From Alphaproteobacteria bacterium (GTDB lineage Bacteria > Pseudomonadota > Alphaproteobacteria > Rs-D84), in the NCBI GenBank assembly GCA_009784815.1, contig WQXN01000001.1, positions 1,857-65,856 of the forward strand: DNA of 64,000 bases, given 5' to 3'. A program made the translations under genes and the position numbers. Every line of letters starts with the position of its first letter. The first letter of the stretch is position 1. This document shows positions 63,108 through 64,000 of the stretch, piece after piece. Below the pieces are notes generated by a model. That model searched no databases, was not told the origin of the DNA, and saw only the letters and a list, made by a program, of their open reading frames with translations.

Positions 63108-63437
63108 ATGAAATTTATTAAAATGCTGAAACTTCTGTCTTTGGCGGCGGTATCGCTGGCGGTGTTCACAGGGGCCGCTGACGCTCAGTCGGCCGTGGGC
63201 GCCGTAGATATGAACAGGCTTTGCACCGAGATGAGGGGAATATTCACCCTGCTTCAGCGTCTGGCCTTTATCGGAGCCGCGTTCGTTATAGCCGGTTGGG
63301 CTTGGGGGTATATCAAGGGCGGTGAAGCTAAATCCGATGATATGATGACAAAGGGCTTTGGCTTGCTGGTCGGATTTGTATTGCTTGGAATTATGGGCGC
63401 GGTGATGACTATTCTTAAAAGCCAGTGCACGTTCTAA
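63108..63437 (+). CDS. virB2: VirB2/TrbC-like T4SS pilin
   Basis: 109-aa ORF with a long signal peptide ending AADA, then two hydrophobic segments separated by a short charged loop (GGEAKSDDMMTK). Topology and size match the VirB2 family. Confidence 0.55.
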   Translation: MKFIKMLKLLSLAAVSLAVFTGAADAQSAVGAVDMNRLCTEMRGIFTLLQRLAFIGAAFVIAGWAWGYIKGGEAKSDDMMTKGFGLLVGFVLLGIMGAVMTILKSQCTF

Positions 63438-63479
63438 TTCATGGACCGCAGGCGGTACGATAAACTAAAAGGTGTGATA

Positions 63480-64000
63480 ATGGCGGACAATAATATAGAT
63501 CTTCTTGATCTGAACGACGATTTGCCCCTGCCGGATTTAGACGGCAGCGATCCCTTCGCGTCAGAAAGCAAATCCAAAAATATTTGGAAACTGGCGCTTA
63601 TAGGCGGCCTTGCCCTTGTCGCCGCCGGATATGTCGTATATAAATTGGCCGGTAAAACCGCCGCTCCGCGTGATGAAATCGCCGCGATCGTATTGGAAAA
63701 CACGGACGCCCCGATTGTCGAGGATGCTGCGGAGCCCGCCGCCGTTCAGCCTGATCCCGACGGTCTTAATCAGCGTGTCGTCGAAGACCGAAAAGACGTT
63801 AAATTCGATCCCGCCGCCGGTAATGTAAACGTTACCCGCCCAAGACCTTTGCCTGCCGCCGGAACTCCGGCCCGCGCTACTAATCCGGCTCCTCGTCCTG
63901 CCGCGCAGGGCAAATGGTCGGCTCAGGTCGGATCATTATCCACTCGCGCCGCTGCCGAGCGCGAGCAGAAAAATCTTACTAACAACCACCGCGAACTTTT
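63480..64000 (+). CDS. SPOR-domain protein (3' partial, runs off the window)
   Basis: Frame is open from the ATG at 63480 to the window end. It has an acidic N-terminus, one TM segment (IWKLALIGGLALVAAGYVVY), a Pro/Ala-rich linker, then the start of a SPOR domain (WSAQVGSLSTRAAAEREQKNL). Confidence 0.65.
   Translation, partial: MADNNIDLLDLNDDLPLPDLDGSDPFASESKSKNIWKLALIGGLALVAAGYVVYKLAGKTAAPRDEIAAIVLENTDAPIVEDAAEPAAVQPDPDGLNQRVVEDRKDVKFDPAAGNVNVTRPRPLPAAGTPARATNPAPRPAAQGKWSAQVGSLSTRAAAEREQKNLTNNHREL

Overview
The window is a gene-dense (~90% coding), mostly housekeeping chromosomal segment. Family-level signatures point to an alphaproteobacterium, probably a host-associated Rickettsiales/Holosporales-like lineage: alpha-type L36, a Ros/MucR regulator, an alpha-type AddB-like nuclease, the DUF374-lpxK-lpxC and leuS-lptE-holA syntenies, and scattered VirB-type T4SS genes. 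All calls rest on reading the translated ORFs and the nucleotide sequence by eye, with no database search.

Core content:
- Translation: pheT, argS, leuS, gltX, an AlaX-like editing protein, rpmJ, rpmH-rnpA, initiator tRNA-Met, trmB, rsmI, tsaE, engB, ychF.
- Replication and repair: dnaG, topA, gyrA, holA, rarA, radC, an AddB-like nuclease, a miniaturised UvrA-like ATPase.
- Envelope and division: mreC-mreD-mrdA-rodA, ftsQ, an FtsA-like/Rpe fusion ORF, ftsL-ftsI, an LpoA-like lipoprotein, lpxK/lpxC/lptE, lolCE-lolD, yajC-secD-secF, lrgAB, a PAP2 phosphatase.
- Fe-S and redox: sufS-DUF59-sufE, a truncated SufD-like protein, trxA.
- Regulators: Cys-less DksA, a MucR variant.
- Split T4SS: virB3-virB4 at 13.7-16.4 kb, and a virB7-like lipoprotein plus virB2-like pilin at 62.9-63.4 kb.

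No rRNA, CRISPR array, transposase, integrase or obvious prophage or defence island is visible.

Observations most worth a second look:
1. A ~160-bp MITE-like palindromic element family (5 copies) that starts at or beside stop codons and carries terminator hairpins.
2. Two near-consensus promoters whose spacers contain G9 and G8 homopolymer tracts abutting TATAAT, suggesting phase variation.
3. A tRNA-fMet followed by a mosaic of T-arm/acceptor fragments and a 93-nt insertion, possibly an integration scar or a tRNA-derived RNA.
4. An operon coupling a small orphan protein and a secretin-like lipoprotein to lolCE-lolD.
5. An ftsA-like gene that reads without a stop into rpe.
6. A secreted HExxH protein overlapping the 3' end of virB4.
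7. A 395-aa mini-UvrA.
8. A strong-promoter, apparently leaderless 32-codon hydrophobic micro-ORF.

None of these is demonstrated to be a new system. They are hypotheses with explicit tests attached.
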